Source: Candidatus Micrarchaeia archaeon
Lineage (GTDB): Archaea > Micrarchaeota > Micrarchaeia > Norongarragalinales > Norongarragalinaceae
DNA: 64,000 nt
Direction: 5' to 3'
Assembly (NCBI GenBank): GCA_041648335.1
Contig: JBAZPG010000004.1
Location: forward strand, 13,793 to 77,792
Under the pieces are notes generated by a model. The model had not been told where the DNA came from, did not search any database, and saw only the letters and a program-made list of their open reading frames with translations. This document shows positions 47,922 to 57,474 of the stretch, one piece after another. Numbering within the stretch: position 1 is the stretch's first letter; each line of letters opens with the position of its first letter. The translations under genes and the position numbers were made by a program.

Positions 47922-48727
47922 AACAAGGTTGCCGCGTACGCCGCGAGCACGAGGAACATTCCCACTTTCGAGGCGCGTTGGCTGTCCCGGTAGCCTCCCA
48001 TCTGGTAGAGTTTGTGGCACGAGTAAGCGAGGGCGAGCGCGCCCAAGCCCGCCAAATCCAATGCGAGCATGTTCTGTCCGACTATCACCGGGAGGGCGGC
48101 GGTGAGCGAGGCGCCCACGTAACAGGCGTTCACGATTTGCTTGGCGTTCGCTTCGCCTATCACCATCGGGAGCGAGAGTTTGAAACCCGTGTCGCCGCGG
48201 CGGTCCTCGAGGTCCTTGGTTATCTCGCGTCCGGCGTTAGCCAGGAACGCGGCGACCGCGAGGAAGCCCGCAATCGAGTAGTTCCCCGAGGGCAGCGCGC
48301 CGTAAACTATGACTGCGCCCGTGCCCGCGGCAGCCACCCAGTTCCCGAGCCACTTCACCTTGCGGAAGAACGCGGAGTAGGCGTAGAGGAGGGCGGCGAA
48401 GAACACCGCGTAAATCGCGGTGTCCAGCGAGAGGAGTCCGGCGAAGAATATTCCCGCGGCGAACAAGAGCATGGCGAACGCGTACGCCGTATTTTCGGGG
48501 ACGCGGCGCGAGGGAATCGGGCGGTTCGGTTTGTGTCGTGCGTCAACATCGCGGTCGAAGTAATCGTTAATTGCCTGTCCGCCCGCGCACACGAGGAACG
48601 CGGACGAAGCCAAGAGGGCGACGGGGACGTCCAATGCCGGGACGCCGGCGGCGAGCGAGTAGCCTAGCCAGGCGCCGAAGCCCGCCATCAGCGAGTTCAA
48701 CGGACGCATGAGTTCCAGATAAGGCAT
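47918..48727 (-). CDS. UbiA-family prenyltransferase (for example a DGGGP synthase-like enzyme)
   Basis: NDYFDRDVD Asp-rich motif 1, a second D-rich motif, multi-TM; 4-nt overlap with the upstream gene. Confidence 0.8.
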   Translation of the reverse strand: MPYLELMRPLNSLMAGFGAWLGYSLAAGVPALDVPVALLASSAFLVCAGGQAINDYFDRDVDARHKPNRPIPSRRVPENTAYAFAMLLFAAGIFFAGLLSLDTAIYAVFFAALLYAYSAFFRKVKWLGNWVAAAGTGAVIVYGALPSGNYSIAGFLAVAAFLANAGREITKDLEDRRGDTGFKLSLPMVIGEANAKQIVNACYVGASLTAALPVIVGQNMLALDLAGLGALALAYSCHKLYQMGGYRDSQRASKVGMFLVLAAYAATLF

Positions 48728-48931
48728 ATCCGCCTAAGGGCGGGAGCGTTTAAAACCTTGCCCGTGGGGTTGGGGGTTTATTAATTTTTTCGCGGCAAAG
48801 AGCTTTCAAGAGCCGTAATGCTGGACTTGACTTTCACATTGTCAATACTGGACTTGCTCGTGCTGGTAGCGTTGAGCATAGCCGCCTGGGAAGTCCTCGA
48901 GAACGGCGGGCTGTTTTGAGTCCCGCTTACT

Positions 48932-49849
48932 TCAGTCCCCGCACGCGCAATCCTCGTGTAATACTGTGCTGTACGTGCCCTCCTGGCCGTGCGCCCGTAT
49001 CACTTCCGCTGAGTAACCTTCCTTTGTCAACAGGAGGTTGGGCACGAATCCGTCTTCAAACCCGTTTTCCGAGAGCGCGAGCGGCACTTTGATTATTCCC
49101 TTTGAGTCCGAAAACAATTCGGGTGCAACTCCGTCGTCCAGGTTCGTTGCGCGCACTCCCTCCAGCGGTTCGCCGTCCGGTCCGTAAACCGCGAGCAACC
49201 GGTAACTTATTCCGAGCTCCAAAACGAAATCTGCTTCCGTTACCCACTCGCTAACCCACCGGTCCCACTGGCTTTCTCCAACGAAGTAACCGGTTGACGG
49301 GCTCACGAGTACATTGTAATCCGCCTCGTTTATGCTGTCGAACGCTGCGATTCCATCCGCGTCAGTGTATTCGAGGTATTCGGCGTTACATTCCTGGTAT
49401 TGTGAACAGCTTATTTGGGATATTGCCACCGCTAGGTTCGCCACGGGTTGCCCGTCTTCGTCAATGAAGCGCAGGGACAAGTCCTTTGTCAGCGAAGGTT
49501 GTGCGTTCGGGTTTGCCAACAAAAAGCCCAAATATGCCAGCACGCCCAGAAAAACCACAGCCAACGCGAGCGCCTTGAAAGAGGAAAAGAGCTTCACGAG
49601 GTGCGGCGTTGCGGTTTCGTGCCGTTTCAAACCCAGTCCCTCGTTTAACAGGTATTTCCCGAAAATCAATGAGGTTACGCCCAAGGCAATCGGGACGAGC
49701 ATCCCGATGAATATTTTGCTTGCCAGCGCGCCGCCCGTCTCCCTCGGGCTTAACGACCAGAAAACAATCAACGCCACTCCCAAGCAGGCTATGCCGAACA
49801 CGAACGCGGTGAACGCGCCGCACAACCTTACGAGTTTCTTCAATTCCAT
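48932..49849 (-). CDS. membrane-anchored extracellular protein with a CarbopepD_reg-like domain, hypothetical
   Basis: Two N-terminal TM helices followed by a beta-rich ectodomain. Confidence 0.4.
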   Translation of the reverse strand: MELKKLVRLCGAFTAFVFGIACLGVALIVFWSLSPRETGGALASKIFIGMLVPIALGVTSLIFGKYLLNEGLGLKRHETATPHLVKLFSSFKALALAVVFLGVLAYLGFLLANPNAQPSLTKDLSLRFIDEDGQPVANLAVAISQISCSQYQECNAEYLEYTDADGIAAFDSINEADYNVLVSPSTGYFVGESQWDRWVSEWVTEADFVLELGISYRLLAVYGPDGEPLEGVRATNLDDGVAPELFSDSKGIIKVPLALSENGFEDGFVPNLLLTKEGYSAEVIRAHGQEGTYSTVLHEDCACGD

Positions 49850-49861
49850 ATCCGAACACCT

Positions 49862-50245
49862 CTAACTCGTCCACAAACCGTGCACGTTGCACAGCACGCG
49901 GGCGCGCAGCTTCCTCGCGTCCTTCACCGTGAACGACACTTCGGGCGCCTCGCCGGGGTAGAGGCGTTTCGTCTCGAGGATGCGTTCGCCTTGGATGAGC
50001 TGGATGAATTCAAGGTAGTGGTTGTCGAGCATCGGGTGAGCTGTTGAGCCGACGCGCACGGTGACTTGGTTTCCCTTGACTTCCACGAGCGGCACGTGCT
50101 TCTCGCGTCCCTCTTGCAGGTAAGTTTGCTCGGGGAGAAATTCCATGGGCTTCCCGCAGCACACGAGTTCGCCTTGGTGTGCCTCGATTACGCTGACTAC
50201 GTTTCCGCACACGCTGCACTTGTAAACCCCGTTCTTTTCCGCCAT
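49862..50245 (-). CDS. dfx: desulfoferrodoxin (2Fe superoxide reductase)
   Basis: N-terminal desulforedoxin-like CSVCGN..CCG and C-terminal SOR centre ligands (H..H..CNVHGLW). Confidence 0.9.
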   Translation of the reverse strand: MAEKNGVYKCSVCGNVVSVIEAHQGELVCCGKPMEFLPEQTYLQEGREKHVPLVEVKGNQVTVRVGSTAHPMLDNHYLEFIQLIQGERILETKRLYPGEAPEVSFTVKDARKLRARVLCNVHGLWTS

Positions 50246-50254
50246 GATTAGTTA

Positions 50255-51877
50255 TCAACCTCGCTTGCATTCGCCAATTGAATCCAAATCTATTTCGAAG
50301 GCAACGCACGGCGCAGCCAACCCGAAGTTCTCGAGCACCTGCGGGTGCACTTCGCCCACGAAGCCGACGCGTTTTCCCTTCATGATTACCTCGGCTTGCC
50401 TTCCCTTCATGAACTTCTTTTCAGTCGAGGGCTTGAAAACCGTTTGCACGCCCAACGCCCGCGCCAGGTGCGCGAGAGTTGCCGTTGCCTCCGCCAGGTC
50501 CGCGTTCGCGTGGCACGAAGCCGCGCACGCGTGCCTCCGCGTGAGGGTGCCCTCGCGTCCCCCGCGTTCCACGGTTTCGCCGACCTCGAACACGCGCTGG
50601 GGATAGGCGCGGTGGGTGTTCTCCGACAATAAGCCCAGTAGCGAGGGGAGGAGCGAACTGCGCACGCAACCGTATTCGCTGCTCATCGGGTTCCGGATGC
50701 GCACGATTTCCTTTTCCGAGAACGCCTTGGCCGCCGTTTCCGCGGAACAGAGCACGCCCGTGCTCGCCTCCACGAAGCCCGCAGCCGCGAGCGCGTCGCG
50801 TGCCGCGTTATCCTGGAGCGTTTCCGCGGCTAAGCCGCCGCGCGTGAACGCCTTGGGTGGCTTGGGCGTGAACTCGTTGTAACCGTAACCGAGCGCGAGT
50901 TCTTCCACCAAATCCACGGGGTGGAGGAAGTCCGCGCGGTAACGCGGAATGAAACAACGGAGCACGCCCGCCTTGTGCGTTGCCTCCAAGCGCTGTTTGG
51001 CGAGGAGCGCCGTTGCGTCGCTCGCTTCGAGCTTGACGCCCAGCGCGCGGTTGGCATCGTCAAGCGAGAGCAGCATCTCGTGCGGCTTCACCTCGGGGGC
51101 AAGGCGTCCGTCGCACTCCACTGCCTCGATTTTACAGCCCGCGTCCTGGAACTCGTGGCACAGTATGTTGAGCGCGGTGTTGCACGCCTCCCAATCCGTG
51201 CCCGTGACATCGAAAAGCAAGTCGGTTGTCCAGAGCGTGACCGCGGTGCGCTGGGAGTTGATTATCGGGGGCAGCGACAGCACGCCTTTCGCGTCGCAGA
51301 ACAACGGGTAATGCTTTCCATCCAAGCAATAGGCGTACTCGCGCCCCTTGTCGTGCTCCTTCATTATCCGCGAGATGGACGCTTCCTCGCGCCAACCGAG
51401 CGGCTGGAACGTTTGCTTTGCGTCAACCGCCTTGTAAACCAAATCGCCTTCCACGGTGGACGCGTCGTGTATACCCACCGCGACCTTGCGCCTGCGGCGC
51501 CCGTGAGTCAACACGAGTTTCTCCTGCAATTGCATCAATTCGGCAATGCTTTCCGCGTCGAACTTTGCGCCGCGCGCGAACGCCGCCAACGCGTACGGAC
51601 GGATTTTCTTCACGCTTTCTTCCACCGTGAGCCGCGTCTTGGATTTTGTGAGCTTGAGTTTCGCGAGCCCCGCCTCGGTCCCGAGGCGCCCTTTGAGCGC
51701 ACGGAGCACCCCCCACCTGCCCAGCAAGTCCGGGCGGTCTCCGGTAACCTCGAGCGAGAGGAGTTCCCCGTTGCTCTCCACGCCCGCCTTGATTTGGGGG
51801 AGCGCTTCGAGGAGTTCGCTTTCGCTGGCGCCGGATTCGCGCAACAGCCACTCCTTCGACATTTGCACGGAAACCAT
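50255..51877 (-). CDS. pheT: phenylalanine--tRNA ligase beta subunit (archaeal type)
   Basis: 540 aa with B3/B4 and B5 domains and a class II-like C-terminal core, adjacent to pheS. Confidence 0.95.
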   Translation of the reverse strand: MVSVQMSKEWLLRESGASESELLEALPQIKAGVESNGELLSLEVTGDRPDLLGRWGVLRALKGRLGTEAGLAKLKLTKSKTRLTVEESVKKIRPYALAAFARGAKFDAESIAELMQLQEKLVLTHGRRRRKVAVGIHDASTVEGDLVYKAVDAKQTFQPLGWREEASISRIMKEHDKGREYAYCLDGKHYPLFCDAKGVLSLPPIINSQRTAVTLWTTDLLFDVTGTDWEACNTALNILCHEFQDAGCKIEAVECDGRLAPEVKPHEMLLSLDDANRALGVKLEASDATALLAKQRLEATHKAGVLRCFIPRYRADFLHPVDLVEELALGYGYNEFTPKPPKAFTRGGLAAETLQDNAARDALAAAGFVEASTGVLCSAETAAKAFSEKEIVRIRNPMSSEYGCVRSSLLPSLLGLLSENTHRAYPQRVFEVGETVERGGREGTLTRRHACAASCHANADLAEATATLAHLARALGVQTVFKPSTEKKFMKGRQAEVIMKGKRVGFVGEVHPQVLENFGLAAPCVAFEIDLDSIGECKRG

Positions 51878-51880
51878 TCT

Positions 51881-53299
51881 TCAGCGTCCCCTCAAGTAAT
51901 CCAAATCACGCGACATCAATTCGCGAATGTCCTTTGCCTCGAGCTCGACCATGGCGAGGCGGTCGATTCCCAAACCCCAGGCGAGCACGGGCGTTTTCAC
52001 GCCGAGCGCAGCGAGCATCTCGGGGCGGAACATCCCTGCGCCTCCTACCTCCGCCCAGCCCTTGCCGGGAATGTTCGCGTGCATCTCCACGCTCGGCTCG
52101 GTGAACGGGAAATACGAGGGCGCGAACTTGATTTCGCGGGCGCCGAACACTTCGGCTGCGAAGTCCTTCAGGTAGCCGAGGAGCTCGCGGAACGACAAAC
52201 CCTCCTCAACGACGATGCCCTCGCATTGGTTGAATTCGATGAAGTGCTTCCAATCAATCTCGTCCGGACGGAACACGCGTCCGATGGAGAAAATGCGCGC
52301 GGGCGGTTTCACGCCTTTCGCGAGTTCGCGCGCGCTCACCGCAGTGGTTTGCGAACGCATTACGAGGCGCGCCGCGATTTCCGGGTCCCACTTGTAACCC
52401 CAGCCCTTGGAGCCCGCGAGTCCGCGCTCGTGCGCCTTTTTTACGAGCGAGAGAGTAGCCGAGTCGAGTATCTCGCCGCGGCACGGGTCGTCCACCTGGA
52501 ATACGTCGTGGATTTCGCGTGCGGGGTGGTCTTGCGCCATGAACAACGCGTCCATGTTCCAGAACTCGAGTTCCACGAGGGGACCGCGTGCCTCCTGGAA
52601 ACCCATTGCCGCCAGCTTGCCGCGTATTCGGTTCAAGAACTCCTTGTAAGCGTGCTTCTTTCCGTAGTCCGCTGAATCGTTTAGCGTGGCTAGGTCGTAT
52701 TCCGCGTACTTCTTTTTGCGCCAGTCGCCCGACTTCAAATCCTCGGGAGTGAGGCGCGTTGCCTTAGCTTCGCCCGTTGCCTGCGTTGCCTTTGACGTGG
52801 CGCGCGCACTGAACCTCTTTTCGACGCGCTGGATTGCGAGCTTGCGCGCGAACAACTCGGCGAACACCTCGTGCGCAGGCAGCGCAGCCGAGGGATTCAA
52901 TAAGAATTCCTCGATTTTCGACACGGGTGCATCCAGGCGTTCGAGGCGCCCCGCTTTTATTTCAAGCCACTTCTTCTTCTTCGCCCACTGCAACGCCACC
53001 GAGGTTTCCTGCGCGTTCAAGCCCGCTGCTTCCGCGGCTTCCTTGATTCCCGCGCTCTCGCCCACCGCCTGCCAGAGGCGGCGCTCGGGCAATCCGCGTT
53101 TTACGCAATTCAGTCCTTCGGGCGTGAGCTCGGCCCGAGCTTCCTCGGCGCGGGCGACTTCAGCGTAGCCCTCTTCCTTGAGGGTTTCGAGCGCGCTCAT
53201 CACGGTTTCGGGAGCCAAGCGCACGGCTGCGGCGATTTCGCGGGCATCCGCGTATTCGTGCGTGAGCGCTTTCAATACGATAAGGCTTTTTTCGTTCAT
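51881..53299 (-). CDS. pheS: phenylalanine--tRNA ligase alpha subunit (archaeal type)
   Basis: 472 aa with N-terminal winged-helix domains and C-terminal class II motifs 1-3 (..FRPEMLAALG.., GLGIDRLAM). Confidence 0.95.
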   Translation of the reverse strand: MNEKSLIVLKALTHEYADAREIAAAVRLAPETVMSALETLKEEGYAEVARAEEARAELTPEGLNCVKRGLPERRLWQAVGESAGIKEAAEAAGLNAQETSVALQWAKKKKWLEIKAGRLERLDAPVSKIEEFLLNPSAALPAHEVFAELFARKLAIQRVEKRFSARATSKATQATGEAKATRLTPEDLKSGDWRKKKYAEYDLATLNDSADYGKKHAYKEFLNRIRGKLAAMGFQEARGPLVELEFWNMDALFMAQDHPAREIHDVFQVDDPCRGEILDSATLSLVKKAHERGLAGSKGWGYKWDPEIAARLVMRSQTTAVSARELAKGVKPPARIFSIGRVFRPDEIDWKHFIEFNQCEGIVVEEGLSFRELLGYLKDFAAEVFGAREIKFAPSYFPFTEPSVEMHANIPGKGWAEVGGAGMFRPEMLAALGVKTPVLAWGLGIDRLAMVELEAKDIRELMSRDLDYLRGR

Positions 53300-53353
53300 T
53301 GCCCGGGTTCCCCGATTTCTTTTTTAATCACACGGTGTTAATAAAAAAGGCTT

Positions 53354-53581
53354 ATGGACAACGCGATACCGCCTTCGTGCGCGAACAAAACGGGTTCTTG
53401 GCGCTCCAGGAAACCCGTGGTGGACGAATCCAAGTGCGTGGGCTGCAAGACGTGCGAGCGGGGCTGCCCGGACTCGTGCATCCGCGTGGTTGACGGCAAG
53501 GCGAAAGTGGATTACGATTACTGCAAGGGCTGCGGCATCTGCGCGCACGAGTGCCCGGTTAAATGCATCAAGATGGAGTGA
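53354..53581 (+). CDS. porD: pyruvate/2-oxoacid:ferredoxin oxidoreductase delta subunit (2x[4Fe-4S] ferredoxin)
   Basis: Two CxxCxxCxxxCP motifs in 75 aa. Confidence 0.85.
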   Translation: MDNAIPPSCANKTGSWRSRKPVVDESKCVGCKTCERGCPDSCIRVVDGKAKVDYDYCKGCGICAHECPVKCIKME

Positions 53582-53586
53582 ACTAA

Positions 53587-54015
53587 GTGTTATTCTGGTT
53601 GCTGTGGTTCGGTTTGCTTCTTTTCCTAGCGGGCACTTGGCTCGGGGTGTACTCGTGGAACGGGCCCCGCCTGGGTGCGGTCGCGTCCGACAAGGGCAGG
53701 AAGTGCTGGACTTGCTCGGTTGCCTTGAGCGCCACCGGGCTCGCCGTCCTCCTCGCGAGCCTCCTGTTGTTGAGCGGTTTCACCTTCAAGCGTTACGCTT
53801 CCTCTTCCCTGTCCGAGTTCTGGGGTGCCGTGCTCGTGATGGGTTTGGGCGCGCTCCTCTCCCTTGTCCTCTCCGGACGCCAGGGCGCGCGCTTCCCTGA
53901 CGAGTCGCGCGCGGGCTTGTTCTACGCTGGACTCGCCCTACTCGCGTTGGGTTTCGCCGCATTGCTGTGGCTCATGCTTCCTAACCAATTGTTGTGCGGG
54001 GTGGCTTCAGCGTGA
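53587..54015 (+). CDS. hydrophobic membrane protein embedded in the POR operon, hypothetical
   Basis: 142 aa, 4 TM. Its stop overlaps the GTG start of porA (GTGA at 54012-54015). Confidence 0.4.
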   Translation: MLFWLLWFGLLLFLAGTWLGVYSWNGPRLGAVASDKGRKCWTCSVALSATGLAVLLASLLLLSGFTFKRYASSSLSEFWGAVLVMGLGALLSLVLSGRQGARFPDESRAGLFYAGLALLALGFAALLWLMLPNQLLCGVASA

Positions 54016-55127
54016 AAGAGATAGCCGAGGGCGGCATTCTGTTGGCGCGGACTGCCGCGCGCTGCAAGCTCGACGTGGTAGCCGCGTTCCCGATTACGCC
54101 TTCGACGCACATCCCCCAGGAGCTCTCGCGCATCCAACCCGAACACGGCTACGATTTCGTCCCCGTTGAGTCGGAGTTCTCGGCGTTGAGCGTGCTCATA
54201 GGCGCATCGGCAACCGGTGCCCGGACGTTCACCGCAACGAGCAGCCAAGGACTCCTCTTGATGCACGAGGCGCTGTTCAACGCCTCGGGAATGCGCCTCC
54301 CGCTCGTAATGGTGGTTGCGAACCGAGCCATCGGCGCGCCCCTGAACATCTGGAACGACTGGCAGGACTCAATCTCGCAACGCGATGCCGGTTGGATTCA
54401 ATTATACTGCAAGAACAACCAGGAAGCGGTTGACACGCTCATCCAGTCGTTCAAGACCGCGGAAGCGTGCGAGATTCCGGTGATGGTGTGCCTGGACGGA
54501 TTCTATTTGACGCACGAAGTGTCCCCGGTGGACGTGCCCTCGCAGGAGGAAATCGCTTCGTTCCTCCCGAAGCGCGCGCCCCGCAAGGTCCTTGACCCGG
54601 CGGCTCCGTGCGCGCAAGGCGCTTACGCTACCCCCGAGTATTACCAGGAATTCAGGCGCGAGTTGCACGAGGCGCTCGAGGCGTCGGCAAAGCAAATCGA
54701 GGCGAACGCCGCCGAGTTCGCGAAGGCGTTCAACCGCCCCCAAATTGCATTCGTCGAGGAGACGGGCAAAACGGGCGGGCTCGCGGTAGTCACCATGGGC
54801 AGCTTGGCCGAACAATGCGAGATGCAGGCGGAAGCAGGGGAATTCGACTTGGTGCGCTTGAAGTGCCTGCGCCCGTTCCCGCGTGAAGCGCTCGCACGCG
54901 CCCTCAAGGGACGCAAGCGCATACTCGTAATCGAGAAGAGTTTCAGCGCGGGGAACGAGGGCGCGTTGGCAATCGAGGTTAAATCGTTATTGAAGGACTT
55001 GAATTCGGATGCAATCGTTACCGGAGCGGTGACCGGCTTGGGCGGCAGGGACGTGTCCGTGCGCATAGTGCACGAACTCGCCGAGAAAGCCGCGAAAGCA
55101 GAAGAGAGCTCGCGCGTTTGGGTGTAA
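54012..55127 (+). CDS. porA: pyruvate/2-oxoacid:ferredoxin oxidoreductase alpha subunit
   Basis: VAAFPITPSTHIPQELS and further POR-alpha core motifs. The start is placed at the GTG (MKEIAEGG...), preferred over the track's upstream GTG. Confidence 0.9.
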   Translation: MKEIAEGGILLARTAARCKLDVVAAFPITPSTHIPQELSRIQPEHGYDFVPVESEFSALSVLIGASATGARTFTATSSQGLLLMHEALFNASGMRLPLVMVVANRAIGAPLNIWNDWQDSISQRDAGWIQLYCKNNQEAVDTLIQSFKTAEACEIPVMVCLDGFYLTHEVSPVDVPSQEEIASFLPKRAPRKVLDPAAPCAQGAYATPEYYQEFRRELHEALEASAKQIEANAAEFAKAFNRPQIAFVEETGKTGGLAVVTMGSLAEQCEMQAEAGEFDLVRLKCLRPFPREALARALKGRKRILVIEKSFSAGNEGALAIEVKSLLKDLNSDAIVTGAVTGLGGRDVSVRIVHELAEKAAKAEESSRVWV

Positions 55128-55130
55128 AAA

Positions 55131-56006
55131 ATGGAATACTTCCTCAAAGGACACACGGCTTGCGCCGGTTGCGGTTGCGCGCTCACCGTCCGCCACGTCT
55201 TGGAAACGCTCGGCAAGGACATCGTGGTAGTCAACGCTACGGGTTGCATGGAAATCATCTCGACGCCCTACCCCCGCAACAACTGGAACGTTCCCTACAT
55301 CCACAGCTTGTTCGAGAACGTGCCCGCGGTGGGTGCGGGAGTGAGCCGCGCACTCAAGAAGCTCGGCAAGAAGGCAATCGTGGTGTGCATCGGAGGCGAC
55401 GGCGCCACTTATGACATCGGCTTCGGCGCGTTGAGCGGCGCCATGGAACGCAACGAGGACCTGCTTTACATTTGCTATGACAACGAGGCGTACTCGAACA
55501 CCGGGCTCCAGCGCAGCGGCGCCACCCCGTTCGCCTCCGCGACCACGACTTCGCCCGCGGAAGTGGGTGGCAAGGGCGAGTGGAAGAAGAACATCTCGTT
55601 CATCGCCGCCGCACACGCCATACCCTACGTTGCCTCGGCGAGCATCGCGTTCCTCCCTGACTTGCAAGCCAAGCTCAAGAAGGCCGCGTCCATGAAGGGC
55701 TTCCGTTTCATCAGCATCCACGCCCCCTGCACCGTGGGTTGGCGCATCCCCACCGACAAGACCCTCGAGGTGTCGCGCCTCGCGGTGGAGTGCGGGCTCT
55801 GGAACCTGTTCGAAATAGAGAACGGAGTATTCAAACTCTCGCGTCCGCTCGGCTCGAAGCCGGTGGAGGAATACCTCAAGATGCAGGGCAGGTTCGCGCA
55901 CGTCACTCCCGAGCAAATCAAGACGATTGAAACGCACGCCGGCGAGGCGAAGCTCGAACTCGAGAAGCTCGAGAAATCCGGCTTGAACTTCACGCGCCTA
56001 CTTTGA
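55131..56006 (+). CDS. porB: pyruvate/2-oxoacid:ferredoxin oxidoreductase beta subunit (TPP-binding)
   Basis: N-terminal CAGCGC [4Fe-4S] ligand cluster and TPP-binding GDG..N motif. Confidence 0.9.
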   Translation: MEYFLKGHTACAGCGCALTVRHVLETLGKDIVVVNATGCMEIISTPYPRNNWNVPYIHSLFENVPAVGAGVSRALKKLGKKAIVVCIGGDGATYDIGFGALSGAMERNEDLLYICYDNEAYSNTGLQRSGATPFASATTTSPAEVGGKGEWKKNISFIAAAHAIPYVASASIAFLPDLQAKLKKAASMKGFRFISIHAPCTVGWRIPTDKTLEVSRLAVECGLWNLFEIENGVFKLSRPLGSKPVEEYLKMQGRFAHVTPEQIKTIETHAGEAKLELEKLEKSGLNFTRLL

Positions 56007-56780
56007 GCGCGAAATCAGTTTGGCGTGCAAGTCCGTCTTCAAACCGAGCACTTCGTGGGCGAGCTGGGTGCCGCCAATCACGTCGGGTATCACGATGTAG
56101 TCCGCGCCCGCCTGGTGGAGTTTGCTCACCGCGTTCTTGTTGAACGCCCGCGAAGCAATCTTCAAGTAAGGGTTCAACTCGCGTGCCGTAAGTGAGAGGA
56201 AGACGTTGGACGAGTCGCTCTCGAGCGCGGCAACGAGCCGCTGGGCGCGTGTTACCCCTGCCTTCTCAAGCGTCTTGAAGTCGAGTGCGTCCCCTTGGAG
56301 CACGAGGCAGCCGTCCCCGCGCGCCGCCTCGATGGGTGCATCGTCCTTATCAACAACAACGAACGGTTGCCGGTTCTCCTGGAGCACCCCGCAGAAAGTC
56401 CTGCCGAGCGCGCCGTAACCGCAAACAATGAAGTGCCCCTTCAAGCCGTCTATTTTCCTTGCCATTCTCTTCTTCCCTCCGAACTCGGATTCCAAAAAGC
56501 GTTGCATTCCCGCGGAAACCAGGAGCACGAGTGCCCCCATGGTTGCCAAGCCCACGAGCGCGCGGATCGCCTTGGTTTCCAGCCGCGCGACACCCGAGCA
56601 GTCAACGTAAACCGCGGTGCACGCCGTCTCCAAGGCGGCATCCCCGAAGCTCCGCTTCTCCACGGTTATGTAATCCAAAATCGCCAGCGAGTAAATCGCT
56701 AGCAAAACGAATAGCAGTAAAGCGTAATTCTTGCGGGCTACCTTCACCCCGCTGACGCCTGCCAACGGGTGTGCTGCCAA
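55998..56780 (-). CDS. potassium channel-like protein with a TrkA-N/RCK NAD-binding domain
   Basis: N-terminal TM helices, then a Rossmann GxGxxG (IVCGYGALG) RCK domain. Confidence 0.7.
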   Translation of the reverse strand: MAAHPLAGVSGVKVARKNYALLLFVLLAIYSLAILDYITVEKRSFGDAALETACTAVYVDCSGVARLETKAIRALVGLATMGALVLLVSAGMQRFLESEFGGKKRMARKIDGLKGHFIVCGYGALGRTFCGVLQENRQPFVVVDKDDAPIEAARGDGCLVLQGDALDFKTLEKAGVTRAQRLVAALESDSSNVFLSLTARELNPYLKIASRAFNKNAVSKLHQAGADYIVIPDVIGGTQLAHEVLGLKTDLHAKLISRSK

Positions 56781-56781
56781 A

Positions 56782-57087
56782 TCAAACCACTATGCAGTGT
56801 TCGCAACCCGTGCCCAGCGCCCAAACGAGCACGATGAACCCAACCAACAAGAGGGCTACGCCCAACCAACCCGCCCAAGTGAACGCCTTGACTATCGCGG
56901 CGATTTTCTCGAGCAAGCCCGGCGACTTTACGCCGGAATCCTTCTTCTTGCCTTTCGCCTGGCGGATGGCTTCGTTCGAGTCGCCTTCGCTCCAGCCCGA
57001 CTCTAACAGGGACTTCTTGACGTCGTCGTCCGAGAAACCCTCGCCCAAGCTCTTCTTCGCGTACTCAACCGCACTCGAATCAACCAT
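56782..57087 (-). CDS. small C-terminally anchored membrane protein, hypothetical
   Basis: 101 aa with one C-terminal TM. Confidence 0.3.
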   Translation of the reverse strand: MVDSSAVEYAKKSLGEGFSDDDVKKSLLESGWSEGDSNEAIRQAKGKKKDSGVKSPGLLEKIAAIVKAFTWAGWLGVALLLVGFIVLVWALGTGCEHCIVV

Positions 57088-57240
57088 AATTCAAAATCAC
57101 TCGATTAACCTCAAGTCGCGGGCGCTTTTAAAATGCTTCGTCAGCTGACTCTCTTCCGTTCACAGGACGCCCCGAAGGGCGTTCTCACAAATACCTATAT
57201 TTTCGTCATCCGAAGCCTTGACCGCGGGAAGATTTTACAA

Positions 57241-57350
57241 AACCATCCCGTTGCCATGAATATTCCCGGACAGATTTCCAAGAAACCCGTTCGTTGCTGT
57301 CTAGCCCCGGACAAGTTTCAAACGAAACTTCTTTGGAAAGAAGTTTCATC
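57241..57350. repeat. two adjacent degenerate ~40-nt copies of the tRNA-Gln 3' end plus its flank, followed by a perfect 11-bp-stem hairpin
   Basis: Copies at 57241..57279 and 57280..57319 resemble 57351..57390 (the flank AAGAAACCCGTTCCGTTGTTGCA plus the tRNA 3' end TAGCCCCGGACAGATTC). The hairpin GAAACTTCTTT-GG-AAAGAAGTTTC lies at 57324..57347. Confidence 0.5.
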
Positions 57351-57373
57351 AAGAAACCCGTTCCGTTGTTGCA

Positions 57374-57446
57374 TAGCCCCGGACAGATTCGAACTGTCGT
57401 CTCCGGCTCCAGAGGCCAGCATACTTGACCACTATACTACGGGGCT
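57374..57446 (-). tRNA. tRNA-Gln (anticodon CUG)
   Basis: Acceptor AGCCCCG/CGGGGCU, anticodon stem CUGGC/GCCGG with loop CUCUGGA, T arm GACAG-UUCGAAU-CUGUC, discriminator A. No CCA is encoded. Confidence 0.8.
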
Positions 57447-57474
57447 AACTGCAATAATAAGCGATTCAAAGGTA

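Noticed and set aside
46886-48667. 593-aa plus-strand ORF spanning the exchanger and UbiA genes
   Set aside because: Arg/Gly-rich low-complexity translation in the alternative frame of two well-supported membrane-protein genes.
57241-57390. Interpreting the tRNA-Gln repeats as a classical attL/attR pair of an integrated element
   Set aside because: The copies lie within 110 nt of the tRNA, include duplicated non-tRNA flank, and enclose no element. A local tandem duplication or scar is more likely.
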